A DNA stretch of 64,000 bases, from positions 704,001 to 768,000 of the forward strand of contig CAXXMU010000001.1 in the NCBI GenBank assembly GCA_963667785.2, in the 5' to 3' direction. Positions 8,451-18,223 of this stretch are shown piece after piece. The DNA comes from Alphaproteobacteria bacterium. Lineage in GTDB: Bacteria; Pseudomonadota; Alphaproteobacteria; UBA828. The position numbers and the translations under genes were made by a program. The notes under the pieces were generated by a model. It made no database searches and was not told where the DNA came from. It was given only the letters and a program-made list of their open reading frames with translations. Position 1 is the stretch's first letter; the number at the start of each line of letters is the position of its first letter.

Positions 8451-9869
8451 CACCGCCACGAGAGCACCGGATAGAGTGGCCTTGGCATGAACTGCAGTCC
8501 TCATCACTTCGAGCGTCTCTGCTCTTTGCCGGTGAGCGGCGCATGGAAGCGGAGAACTACCTTGCGAAGGGCTTCGCCACCAGCTTAGCAATTCAGACGA
8601 AGTCGTCGGGCCACACTCGCCTGTCAGATGTTGCTCGCACTTGGCAGCCATCTCGATTGAAAGGAATTCAAGTTAGTCGTCAATTCGGAACCCCCTTTCT
8701 GACCGCAACTCAAGTTTATGACGTTCGACCAGTACCAAGAAAGTGGTTATCGCTCGATCGTACTCGTAACCACACAGAAAGGCTTGTGTCCCAAGGAACC
8801 ATTCTTGTGACTTGCTCTGGAAATGTCGGACGAGCGACACTCGCACGTTTGGCGATTGAGGACTTGCTCATTTCTCATGACCTTTTGCGTTTAGAAATGC
8901 TTCAGAAAGACTATTGGGGTTGGATATACGCGTACCTTCGGGCTCCTACTGTCCGGGAAATGATGAAAGCCACTCAATACGGTCATATTATCAAACACCT
9001 CGAAACCCACCACCTTGACGAACTCCCAGTTATTGTACCGAGACATAGCTCTCAGTTGGTGCGTTGCAATAACGCTGCACGACAAGTGTTGAATTACCGA
9101 AATGAAGCGTTTCGGAAAGCAAGTGCGGCAGACCAACTTTTCGAGAACCAGTTTTCTGCAGTACGTGACAAGTTCGATGAGACCCGCTTTGCTCGGCGAG
9201 CCAGTCAAACTCTGTTCTCGTCGCGCCGCCGATTTGATGCGTGGACCTATAATCCTGAAAAAATGTCCATAGAAAGATTGTTGCAAAAAAGGTAGCGAAG
9301 CCTGGTCAACACTGCAGGAGATAGGTTGTAGTGTGTGGCTGCCGAATAGATTTAGAAGAATTCCGGCACGGGATGGGATTGAGCTCATCGATAGCTCTCA
9401 AATCTTCGAGGTTAATCCCGACTATGCTCGACGAGTTGCGATCTCCGGGATCTCCGATCCTAATGACGGGTTCGTGTCTCCAGGATGGTTAATGGTGGCG
9501 CGGTCCGGTCAAATATACGGATTGCTCGGCTCAGTGACGATCGCGACCAAGCTTCATGCGGGGAAGATCGTATCAGACGACGTGATCCGAATTGTGCCAG
9601 GCGAGGATGTTCTGGCGGGCTATCTGTATGTTGCAATGGGACACGCTTTGCTCGGTCGGGGACGTGTAAAGTCTCTAGCGTATGGCTCAAGCATTCCACA
9701 CATCGAAGTTGACGACCTGAAGGAGTTGGCTATTCCCAGGCTCGACCGATCACTAGAGAAGAAGATCGCCGAACTGGTAGAGAGTGCGTTCTTCCTTTGG
9801 GCTCAAGCAGATGAAATGGAAAAGGAACTGTCTTGCTTAGCAGAAGATGAAATCCAAAGAACTCTTTGA
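8429..9869 (+). pseudogene. HsdS-like specificity subunit split by a frameshift (8429-9295 TRD1; TRD2 frame continues to 9869)
   Basis: Two homologous halves: WQPSRLKGI..GTILVTCSG..YGHIIKHLE and WLPNRFRRI..GWLMVARSG..YGSSIPHIE. Removing one A from A6 (9285-9290) joins them as LQKGSEAWSTLQEIGCSVWLP. Confidence 0.8.
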
Positions 9870-10096
9870 TGAGGACCGAGTATTCTAGGTAGAACAGGGG
9901 CTCTATGTGGATTCGGACGACGAGAACCGCGGAGTCAAACGTAAGAACAGCCAACCGTTTTCCCGAAAAGCCTCAATATTGTATCAAGTATCAAAATGTC
10001 GCGTTGATGTGAGATAACGCTAGACAAGGAGCAACTCAACTTCAGAGGATCTGATGAATCAACTGGGGTCTTCGTATACATGGGAAGAAGCTCAGC

Positions 10097-12172
10097 ATGA
10101 ATTATGACGGGAGTCGAGCCCTAGAGCTCCTAAGGAGCGGAACCAACGACCGGAACTCGGTATTTCGTGAAGGACAAGAGGAAGCAATTCGGCACATCGT
10201 CGAGGGCCGCGGGCGGCTCCTCGTCGTTCAGAAGACTGGATGGGGCAAGAGCTTCGTCTATTTCATTGCCACCAAGCTGCTGCGCCAGGCGGGCTCAGGG
10301 CCTGCTCTGCTCGTGTCGCCGCTGCTTTCGCTCATGCGAAACCAGATCGAAGCAGCCGAGAGGATGGGCGTACATGCCCTCCAGATGACCTCTGAAAACC
10401 AGGAGGAGTGGTCCACGGTCGTAGATCGCCTTGAACGCGACGAAGCAGATATCCTTCTGATCGCTCCCGAGCGCTTCGGCAATGAACACTTTCGCACCCA
10501 AGTGCTCGCCGATATTGCAGGACGAATCTCCCTTCTTGTGATCGACGAAGCCCACTGCATTTCCGACTGGGGGCATGACTTCAGGCCGCATTACCGGCTG
10601 ATCGAACGCATTGCTTGCACCTTACCGCCGAACCTTCGGCTGCTCGCAACGACTGCGACCGCAAATGATCGAGTATTGGAAGATTTGCGCCTCGTTCTAG
10701 GCCCCAATCTGGAGGTGTTTCGTGGAGACCTCAATCGACCCTCCCTCAAGCTTCAGACCATACGCCTCGTCCAACAGTCGGAACGCCTCGCATGGCTGGC
10801 GCAACAGATCCCCCTCCTCCCTGGCAACGGGATCATCTACACCCTAACTGTGCGTGACGCCAACCAAGTGGCAGACTGGCTTCATTCACAGAATATCAAG
10901 GTGGAAGCCTACACCGGGCAGACAGGAGATCGCCGAGAAGAGCTGGAACAGGCTTTACTCAACAACGAAGTGAAGGCGCTGGTCGCCACCATCGCTCTCG
11001 GAATGGGCTTCGATAAACCCGATCTCGCCTTCGTCGTTCACTACCAGAGCCCAGCCTCGGTCGTGGCCTACTATCAGCAGGTAGGGCGCGCCGGCCGAGC
11101 GATCGATGCAGCCTACGGGGTCGTGCTGAGCGGTGAAGAGGAAACAGAAATCGCCGAATACTTTATCGACAGCGCCTTTCCCACCCGTGACGAGGTTGAT
11201 CAGGTGATTGCGGCTCTTGAGGCCACGCCCGATGGTCTCTCCGTCCCGAGCTTTCTTGGAGAGGTCAACATTAGTCGGGGAAGAATCGAAAAGACGATTG
11301 CACTCCTGTCGCTTGAGGCACCGGCGCCCATAGCCAAGGTCGGAACGAAGTGGCAGTTGACCGCAGCAGACCTCGACGATCAGTTTTGGGCACGAGCCGA
11401 ACGTCTGACCCGGCTTCGTCGTGAAGAGCGGGACCAGATGCAAGAATATGTCCAGCTTGAGTCCGGGCACATGGAGTATCTCATCCGCGCCCTCGACGGG
11501 GAGCCAGGGGAAATCCGACCTCCTGATCTACCCGACCTTCCAGTCCAAGCCGCACCTGAGCTGGTCCACGAGGCGGTACAATTTCTTCGACGTACCAGCA
11601 TGCCTATCAAGCCTCGCAAGCAATGGCCGATCGGTGGATTGCCCCGATTCGACCTTCGAGGGAGCATTCCCGCGGGCCTTCGCGCGGAGCCCGGAAGAGC
11701 CCTCTGCATCTGGCGCGATGCGGGATGGGGTGACCTCGTTCGAAGAGGCAAGTACGAGGACGGACGATTCGCGGATGAACTTGTCCACGCTTGTGCCCGA
11801 ATGGTTGCCGAATGGTCCCCGCAGCCACCACCTCAGTGGGTAACCTGCGTTCCCTCACGACGACACCCCGATCTCGTCCCCGAGTTTGCTTCGCGCTTGG
11901 CGAACCTGCTTCAGCTGCCGTTTCATCAAGCGTTGGAGGCGAGCGAGGATCGCGCCGAACAGAAGCTAATGGCCAATAGTACCCAGCAGGCCCGCAACGT
12001 GGATGGCTCGCTTTCACTTTATCAAGGGCCTATCTTCGAGAGTCCGGTCCTCTTGGTGGATGACATGGTCGATTCCCGCTGGACGTTGACGCTGGCCGCG
12101 TGGTTGCTGCTCTCGAACGGTAGCGGAGAGGTCTGGCCCCTCGCCCTCGCACTTGCAGGCGGCAGCTCATGA
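10097..12172 (+). CDS. RecQ-family helicase with C-terminal PRTase (ComF-like) domain; PsyrT/RqlH-like toxin
   Basis: [57 protein letters not shown]; PRT motif [13 protein letters not shown]. Confidence 0.9.
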   Translation: MNYDGSRALELLRSGTNDRNSVFREGQEEAIRHIVEGRGRLLVVQKTGWGKSFVYFIATKLLRQAGSGPALLVSPLLSLMRNQIEAAERMGVHALQMTSENQEEWSTVVDRLERDEADILLIAPERFGNEHFRTQVLADIAGRISLLVIDEAHCISDWGHDFRPHYRLIERIACTLPPNLRLLATTATANDRVLEDLRLVLGPNLEVFRGDLNRPSLKLQTIRLVQQSERLAWLAQQIPLLPGNGIIYTLTVRDANQVADWLHSQNIKVEAYTGQTGDRREELEQALLNNEVKALVATIALGMGFDKPDLAFVVHYQSPASVVAYYQQVGRAGRAIDAAYGVVLSGEEETEIAEYFIDSAFPTRDEVDQVIAALEATPDGLSVPSFLGEVNISRGRIEKTIALLSLEAPAPIAKVGTKWQLTAADLDDQFWARAERLTRLRREERDQMQEYVQLESGHMEYLIRALDGEPGEIRPPDLPDLPVQAAPELVHEAVQFLRRTSMPIKPRKQWPIGGLPRFDLRGSIPAGLRAEPGRALCIWRDAGWGDLVRRGKYEDGRFADELVHACARMVAEWSPQPPPQWVTCVPSRRHPDLVPEFASRLANLLQLPFHQALEASEDRAEQKLMANSTQQARNVDGSLSLYQGPIFESPVLLVDDMVDSRWTLTLAAWLLLSNGSGEVWPLALALAGGSS

Positions 12173-13593
12173 ACACCGACCTGTCTTCCAACGCGCAGGC
12201 GATTTTGCTGCTGACCGCTCCACTGATCATCGGTCAGAGCCGGTCATGCATCAAACCGCTCACCGCCAGCGAATATCGTGCTCTCGCCCGTCGTCTGAGG
12301 GAACTCAAGCGCCAACCTGCAGACCTGCTCGAGCCCGGTTCAACGAACGAGCTGACTGAATGGGGGTTCGATCTGGAAACCGGCCGCCTCCTCCAACTGC
12401 TCGATCGAGGCTTCCTCCTTGCCCAGGCGATCGAGCGCTGGCGCACCCGAGCGATCTGGGTGCTGAGCCGTGCGGATCCGGGTTACCCAACCCGCTTCAA
12501 GGAGCGACTCGGAGAAGACGCCCCCCCAGTTCTCTATGGTTGCGGCCATGCCTCCATTATGAATACGGGAGGCCTTGCGGTTGTGGGCTCCCGAAACCTG
12601 CACGATACGCTTATCGAATACTCCGAAGCGATAGGGCGACTCACTGCCGGCTCGCGACGTACCGTCGTTTCCGGTGGTGCCAGGGGTGCAGATCAGGCAG
12701 CGATGCGTGGAGCACTGATAGCCGGAGGACGCTCAGTGGCGGTGCTGGCAGACAGCCTGGAGAAAGCCGTGATGCGGAGGGAGAATCGCGACGCACTGAT
12801 GGGTGGCCGCTTAGCCTTGATTTCCCCCTACGACCCCGCTGCCCGTTTTCAGGTCGGACATGCGATGCAACGCAACAAGCTGATCTATGCCCTCGCGGAT
12901 GCCGCACTCGTCGTCAATTCAGATTACAAAAAAGGCGGCACCTGGACCGGAGCGGTGGAGCAGCTCGACAAGCTCAGATTTGTCCCTGTATATGTTCGCT
13001 CCCATGGCGAATGCGGAAAGGGACTCGACGACCTTCGCGAACGGGGAGCGATCCCTTGGCCCGATCCGAAGACGCCCGAAACTTTAGAGATGTGCCTAAC
13101 TGCGCATCTCGCCCTTGATTCTCAGGCACCAGAGGACGGTACGGTCTCGCCACCTCAACGCGATGAACTGCCTGCCCCGACCGACGAACCGCAGGACAAG
13201 GTGTCGCCAAGTACACCGTCCTTCTCGCCTGCGGATGCCGCGCTACCCACGCCAGCCGAGCAGCTGTTCACCACGGTTATAACGCTGCTCGACTCTATGG
13301 ATGGACCTAGGACCGAGGCGCGTGTTGCCGAGTTTCTGAAGGTCTCCAAAACTCAGGCCAGCGCCTGGTTGAGAGGCTTCAAGGAAACCAAGCTCAGGGA
13401 ATTGTTCGAGCGAACGGATGAACTCAGAACAGAATCCGAGCTTGCAGAGGCGCTTCACGTTTCCGGATCTCAGATCCGCAGTTCCCTGAAGCGATTGGTA
13501 GACCAGGGTTTAATTGAGAAAATCCCTCGCCCGCGCCCCACTCGATATCGACGGGCGGGATCCATCGGGACGCTATTTGGTAGGCATGGTTGA
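12169..13593 (+). CDS. DprA/SMF-domain protein with C-terminal wHTH; PsyrA/RqlI-like antitoxin
   Basis: [53 protein letters not shown]; ATGA overlap with the helicase stop. Confidence 0.88.
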   Translation: MNTDLSSNAQAILLLTAPLIIGQSRSCIKPLTASEYRALARRLRELKRQPADLLEPGSTNELTEWGFDLETGRLLQLLDRGFLLAQAIERWRTRAIWVLSRADPGYPTRFKERLGEDAPPVLYGCGHASIMNTGGLAVVGSRNLHDTLIEYSEAIGRLTAGSRRTVVSGGARGADQAAMRGALIAGGRSVAVLADSLEKAVMRRENRDALMGGRLALISPYDPAARFQVGHAMQRNKLIYALADAALVVNSDYKKGGTWTGAVEQLDKLRFVPVYVRSHGECGKGLDDLRERGAIPWPDPKTPETLEMCLTAHLALDSQAPEDGTVSPPQRDELPAPTDEPQDKVSPSTPSFSPADAALPTPAEQLFTTVITLLDSMDGPRTEARVAEFLKVSKTQASAWLRGFKETKLRELFERTDELRTESELAEALHVSGSQIRSSLKRLVDQGLIEKIPRPRPTRYRRAGSIGTLFGRHG

Positions 13594-13686
13594 TTCTTCT
13601 GTCCGCTTCGGGGAAGCCCTGATCGCTCGGCAAGCTAGTTCCCTGCCTCCGACTGTCGGAAGCGAGGAGTGCTAGCTCTAGGCCAT

Positions 13687-13821
13687 TCACACAGGACGGA
13701 TCTCGCCGTCGGCCATCGAGCGGAAGCGCTCGACGACATAGCGCTCGTCGTCAAGGCCGCGCCCGAAGATGTGAACGAGGAAGGTTTCGCTGTTGCCGCG
13801 CTGCGCGCTGCCGATCTGCAT
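13687..13821 (-). CDS. Putative 44-aa micro-ORF (MQIGSAQRGNSETFLVHIFGRGLDDERYVVERFRSMADGEIRPV)
   Basis: GGAGG RBS; paralogous N-terminus at 897-1028, where the differences I noticed within the shared coding part are synonymous. Confidence 0.35.
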   Translation of the reverse strand: MQIGSAQRGNSETFLVHIFGRGLDDERYVVERFRSMADGEIRPV

Positions 13822-13933
13822 GGTGCCGCCTCCCGTTGGCCGGTCGATGAAGACGGCGGGCACAGCCCCCGCTGGAAGCCCGCGCCCGCCGTCCCGTTAC
13901 TGGCCAGGCTCTCCCTCTCGCTGGCGTGCGGGC
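13743..13933. repeat. ~190-bp direct repeat, copy 2
   Basis: Matches 950-1140. Confidence 0.92.
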
Positions 13934-14330
13934 GACAATGGGGTGTGAAAGGATAGGGGTGGCGTGGAACGAGTGACCGACGGCCGATGGGTGTCAACGG
14001 CGGATCGAAGCCGCGCAGGTGGGAAGGGATGGCGGTCCGCGCGGGGTCGGCGAGAGGGCGGGCTAGGCGACTTCCGCACCGGTCTCGCCAGCGCCGTTGC
14101 TAATCACTGACGTGTCGACGCGAAGAGCCGTGCGCTGAGCGGGCTCATGCAACTGTTCGTCGCGTCAATGGATCGCGCGGCAGTCGGTGATGTGCGAAGG
14201 CGGAGTGTGGTTAACCAGCCACCTCTATAACGCTTGCGGCATCAGCAGGCCGCGGTCGGCCAAAATAATGAAGAAGTTGCGCAGCCCGAGGCGTTAGACT
14301 TGCAGACTAGGCGAATAAGGGGCCTAAACA

Positions 14331-14840
14331 CTAAACATTCAAGGAATTATCTTCATCTCCGTAGCAGTGATAGTTCGGTATGTCATCGTACCTGTCGGTC
14401 AGCATCAGACCCGATACTTCGCTGAGAAGGCTTCTTCGCGCTCCCCAATTAAGGACGTGAATATCGGCGATTTCAGCGGCGAGAGCCCCGAGCGTTTGGA
14501 TATTGCGTGAATTCGCGGCGGGCCAGTGGCTATGGATCAACAATGTCTCAACCAAGTCGATCTGGTGCGCCCATTCTGCATCCGTTGATGTTCGTTCTCC
14601 TGCAAGACGACCGACATAATAGCGGATATTTCGCGCATCCTGGTTGTAATGCCAATACTCCTGTTGCAGCCTGGCAGAGAAAGTTTGCCCACTAGCCTTG
14701 CCAATATACAGAAGAACATCGGAGCCATAGATCGGATGAGAGCCATAGACCTGATATACACCATAATCGTAATCGTCGTCCATTCCTTGCACTTCTTGCA
14801 ACGTGAAGGGACCGTCCCATTGAAGGTGAAGCACGGGCAT
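14331..14840 (-). CDS. Stand-alone GIY-YIG-superfamily nuclease
   Basis: GVYQVY...LLYIGKA...FSARL...VETLLI...PAAN; AGGAG RBS; low GC. Confidence 0.72.
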   Translation of the reverse strand: MPVLHLQWDGPFTLQEVQGMDDDYDYGVYQVYGSHPIYGSDVLLYIGKASGQTFSARLQQEYWHYNQDARNIRYYVGRLAGERTSTDAEWAHQIDLVETLLIHSHWPAANSRNIQTLGALAAEIADIHVLNWGARRSLLSEVSGLMLTDRYDDIPNYHCYGDEDNSLNV

Positions 14841-15229
14841 CGGTTATCTCCTATCGGTTGGGGCACCGCCGAGCACTGGATGCGCGTGCAGGCTGCGCAC
14901 GAGCTTGCGCAGACGCGTCGGGAGATGATTGCCGCTGAACGGTGCGCAGGCGCATTCCCGGCAAGAACCGGTCTCCTGGCCCGCAGGTGCTGACAAGGCC
15001 GCCTGTCCGCGGTGCCGCATCCGCGGGCTTGTGCCTTTCCATCAAGTCGACAGCATCATGCGGAAATTCGCCCACAAGAATCCCGACCCAACCCGCTCTT
15101 CCGCAGCCTGCTGGGCGTCATTTTGCCAGCAGCCTCCATACGACGGCCTGTCGCATAACCCCCCGGCGCGCGCCTCCTATCATGCCCCTGGGTCGCCAGC
15201 AACACCGCACCGGGGCCCCAGAATTCGCG

Positions 15230-15575
15230 ATTGTCGGAATTCCTTGGCAAAGGGCGTACATCCTTGCCTATCGGGGGTCGGCAAGCGACAATCTCAACCT
15301 CTTTGAAAGTCTCGTTCTTGCTGACAGTGAGTGTTGCCGGGAACGCTTCGAGCAAATGGAAAAGGAGCTAGAAGATGAGAGGAAGAAGCTGGCGCTATAT
15401 TGACCACATTGAGAGGCGAGCGGCAGCGAAGGCAATCAACAAGACTGTTGGGATGTTGGAAGAAGTCTTTGGCGTGAAGGCTGAGGGAAGCAGCCCCACA
15501 CGACGGCGCAAGTCCGTGATAGATAAAATTGACCGGAAAATGCGGAAGGCGCGGAAGAAACAGAAGGGAAAATGA
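15230..15575 (+). pseudogene. Probable 3' fragment of an unknown gene, frameshifted near 15397
   Basis: Two protein-like frames (…QMEKELEDERKKLALY* and YIDHIERRAAAK…KGK*) join if one TA unit is restored in CTATATTGAC. Lower GC; no clear start. Confidence 0.3.
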
Positions 15576-15818
15576 GCATGCACAAACTTCTGTTTGCCCC
15601 TTTTCCGCCCACCATAAAGCGCCCCTGAGAGCCGAGATGCTGAACTCGCCTCTATAGTGTCGGAGGCACTGACCGGCAACCAACTATCGGAGAATCGGGT
15701 GGCCGGGCGTGCGGGGCCCGTTGTCCTTCGTCGCCGGTTTGATATAGCTGGCGATCAGCGGGCGTGACACGCGGTGCCGGGAGGAGCCGGCACCGGCCGT
15801 TGCAAGAGGGTGAGCGAG

Positions 15819-16949
15819 GTGCAGGAAGAGCTGTTCAAAGTCTGGCTGGGGATCGAGCGGGGACTGAGCGCCGGGACTGTCGGAAGCCGGATCAGCAACT
15901 GCAAGCGTGTGGAGCGTTATGAGGGCGATCTTGACGCCCATTATGATGCAGATGGACTGGCCAGCGTGATGGACTGCCTGAGCCCAAAGAGGCCGGAGCA
16001 CAAGATCCCGATCGATGGCAACGTCTACAACGGCACGGCGACGCTGAAGAACGCGGTTGGCCTCTATCGCGACTTTAGAAATGCGGGCAGCGGCAAAGTC
16101 GGTTCGACTGAAGCGCCGCAAGCGAAGCAACGACCTCAAGAGTGGCGAACCCGGCAACCGAGTGCAGACTGGCCGGCGTGGCCGACACCGAGCGACGAGG
16201 ATTTGCTTGAGCTTGCTCGAGCGATGACACCGTTCGTGCGCTTCCTCGATCCCGGCATCGTCTACGCTGTCGTCGAGGATAATCTCCGCATGGGGGCAGA
16301 CTGGTCTTCCCGGCTTGAGGCGCTCGGCATCGATTCCGCCATTTATCTGTGGGAAGGCTCGCCCTGCGTCTTCCCGGGCGTTCGTCGGTACGCCGGAAGC
16401 ACGGAGATTGCGGTGTTCCGGCAACGGGCTACGGCGGACGAAGTCCCCCCGCAATGCCTTGCGCTCGACGACAACGACTATCCGAAGCAATTGTGGGCGT
16501 TCGCCTTCACCGGCAAGCCGTTCCGCAAGCGCGGACCGGACGGCTACCAGCTTGCGCACCTCTTGGACCACAAGGAATACGGGAACCGCTGGCGTGAGGA
16601 GTTGGATATCCTGCCGGATGCCAAGGACCCGGTACTGCCGTACGGGTTGTTCACGAGCGCGGCGAACTCGGCTTATGTACCGGGTGCTTTCCTGAGGCCC
16701 ACGGACTTCTCGCCCAAGCTCCGGAGTCTGATCCAGAGACGGGCGCTGCTACTCTACGGCAACATATGCCACATCGTTCCGCCTTCCTTGTCAGTAAAGG
16801 CCTGCGAAGACCAGAACTGGTCTCTCGACAATTTCCAGTGGAGCACGCCCGTAGGTGGCATGGACAACGTTCCTGGCTTTCTGGAGTTCCGTCGCGAGCG
16901 CCTGGAGGAACTCTTCGACAAGCGGCATGCAGCGCTGCGGACGGACTAA
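15819..16949 (+). CDS. Uncharacterised two-domain protein; C-terminal part HNH-like
   Basis: Long ORF with GAGGG RBS before GTG 15819 (ORF track starts at 15774). N-module FKVWL..SRISNCKRVE..GDLDAHY..IPIDGNVYNGTATLKNAVGLY; C-part YQLAHLLDHK...GLFTSAANSAYVP. Confidence 0.7.
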   Translation: MQEELFKVWLGIERGLSAGTVGSRISNCKRVERYEGDLDAHYDADGLASVMDCLSPKRPEHKIPIDGNVYNGTATLKNAVGLYRDFRNAGSGKVGSTEAPQAKQRPQEWRTRQPSADWPAWPTPSDEDLLELARAMTPFVRFLDPGIVYAVVEDNLRMGADWSSRLEALGIDSAIYLWEGSPCVFPGVRRYAGSTEIAVFRQRATADEVPPQCLALDDNDYPKQLWAFAFTGKPFRKRGPDGYQLAHLLDHKEYGNRWREELDILPDAKDPVLPYGLFTSAANSAYVPGAFLRPTDFSPKLRSLIQRRALLLYGNICHIVPPSLSVKACEDQNWSLDNFQWSTPVGGMDNVPGFLEFRRERLEELFDKRHAALRTD

Positions 16950-17070
16950 CGGGACCTGCTGAGAACCACAAGCTGCTGGGGTCGAATGACGGTGGTAGCA
17001 GGGTCTTTTGCGAAGCCGGGGACGGAAGTGCGCCGCTGCCGTGCATTGTAATGACGCAGCGGTCGGCGCG

Positions 17071-17195
17071 TTATCGCGGGGCGGCGTGTCCGGCCATGGG
17101 CTTCGCCATGGAGGCGAACCAGTCCCGCACATGCTCGACCGCGATCTCGTGGACGGCGAGATGGCCGAGCGACGGGAGGTTATACTTGCGCGGCG
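17071..17195 (-). pseudogene. Tyrosine integrase core-binding-domain remnant
   Basis: NLPSLGHLAVHEIAVEHVRDWFASMA resembles the 'ILP.LG...L..I....V..WF' helix of phage-type integrases; no catalytic domain; lies at the island edge. Confidence 0.45.
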
Positions 17196-17439
17196 CATGT
17201 GCGCTGCGGACTGCGATGATTCGATGCGGGATAGGCACCTTGCACGGCACGGGGCGCGCGGACGCTCTCGGCGATCTCAAAAGTCAGGAGCACCCTGGAG
17301 TTTACTTTCTTGTGCTTACTTGGTGTGTATTTTCTCTGATCCGGTGTCGCAGTCACGCCCGCGCGGCCTTCCAAGCCATTGAGTTGAAACGACTATTATC
17401 GTCGATGCGGTAGATCGTGCCAGTGGTGAGAAATGCGGG

Positions 17440-18177
17440 CTAAGGCACCGGGTCATCGGCCGGGAGCGGGCCGGCGGGCGGGTCGAGGCCCGCCTTCGTG
17501 CGTCGCACGTGCTTGAGCGCTTCCCGCCGGCTCAGATCCGAAAGCGCCGGATGGGCGCCGACGAACGCCACCACCCAGTCCGGGTCGGTCTTGGAATACT
17601 CGCGCAGCGCCCAGCCGATGCCCTTTCGCAGGAAGAACTCCTGCGCACCGATGGACGGTCGGATCGCGTCGGCCAGCAGCCCGGTGTCCGTTGTGCGCTT
17701 AGCCCGAAGCTGCGCGAGTATCGCGGTCCGCCGTTTCCAGATGTCGTCGTCCTTCGCCCATTCGCGCAGCACGGCCTTCATCGGGCGGGGATGGGCGGCA
17801 AGCATGGTGCCGACCCCCCGGCCGGCGATCGCGTCCACGTAGTCCCACCAGGCGCCGGTGACCACCAGCTCCTCGACAAGGGGAAGTCTCGCCGGCTCCA
17901 GCCAGCGCGAATAGCGGCGGAAGAGCAGCAGCTCGATGGCCGCGTAGCGTTCCTCCCGGTGGGCGGCCTTGCGCCACAGGTCGAGGATCGTCGCCTCCCA
18001 CGCGCGGGCGTCCGGCAGCGGGTGCGTCCTGAACACGGAAGCGGCGATACGCCGGCATTGCGGCACGCCCACGCCGAAATAGGGCATGGCCGACTTCATG
18101 TATGCCTGCTGCTGCGGTGCTCTTGCCGGATCGGCGGCGTCGCGCAAGGCGGCGATGACGGAGTCCCGGATGTTCAT
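17440..18177 (-). CDS. alkD: DNA alkylation repair protein (AlkD family)
   Basis: AYMKSAMPYFGV, REERYAA, GAWWDYVD, DIWKRRTAILAQL, EFFLRKGIGWALREYSKTDPDWV. Confidence 0.88.
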   Translation of the reverse strand: MNIRDSVIAALRDAADPARAPQQQAYMKSAMPYFGVGVPQCRRIAASVFRTHPLPDARAWEATILDLWRKAAHREERYAAIELLLFRRYSRWLEPARLPLVEELVVTGAWWDYVDAIAGRGVGTMLAAHPRPMKAVLREWAKDDDIWKRRTAILAQLRAKRTTDTGLLADAIRPSIGAQEFFLRKGIGWALREYSKTDPDWVVAFVGAHPALSDLSRREALKHVRRTKAGLDPPAGPLPADDPVP

Positions 18178-18223
18178 CGCAAGGCCGGTCCGACCCGGCG
18201 GCGCGTGCCTACCCGCCCGTTGT

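Noticed and set aside
12169-13593. Competence dprA plus housekeeping recQ
   Set aside because: PRTase fusion, translational coupling and island context fit PsyrTA/RqlHI instead.
13644-15668. 10-bp inverted match TGCCTCCGAC / GTCGGAGGCA as element ends
   Set aside because: Too short, with no target duplication or transposase; compatible with chance.
17380-17440. tRNA fragment as att site
   Set aside because: No T-loop GTTCGA or CCA pattern on either strand.
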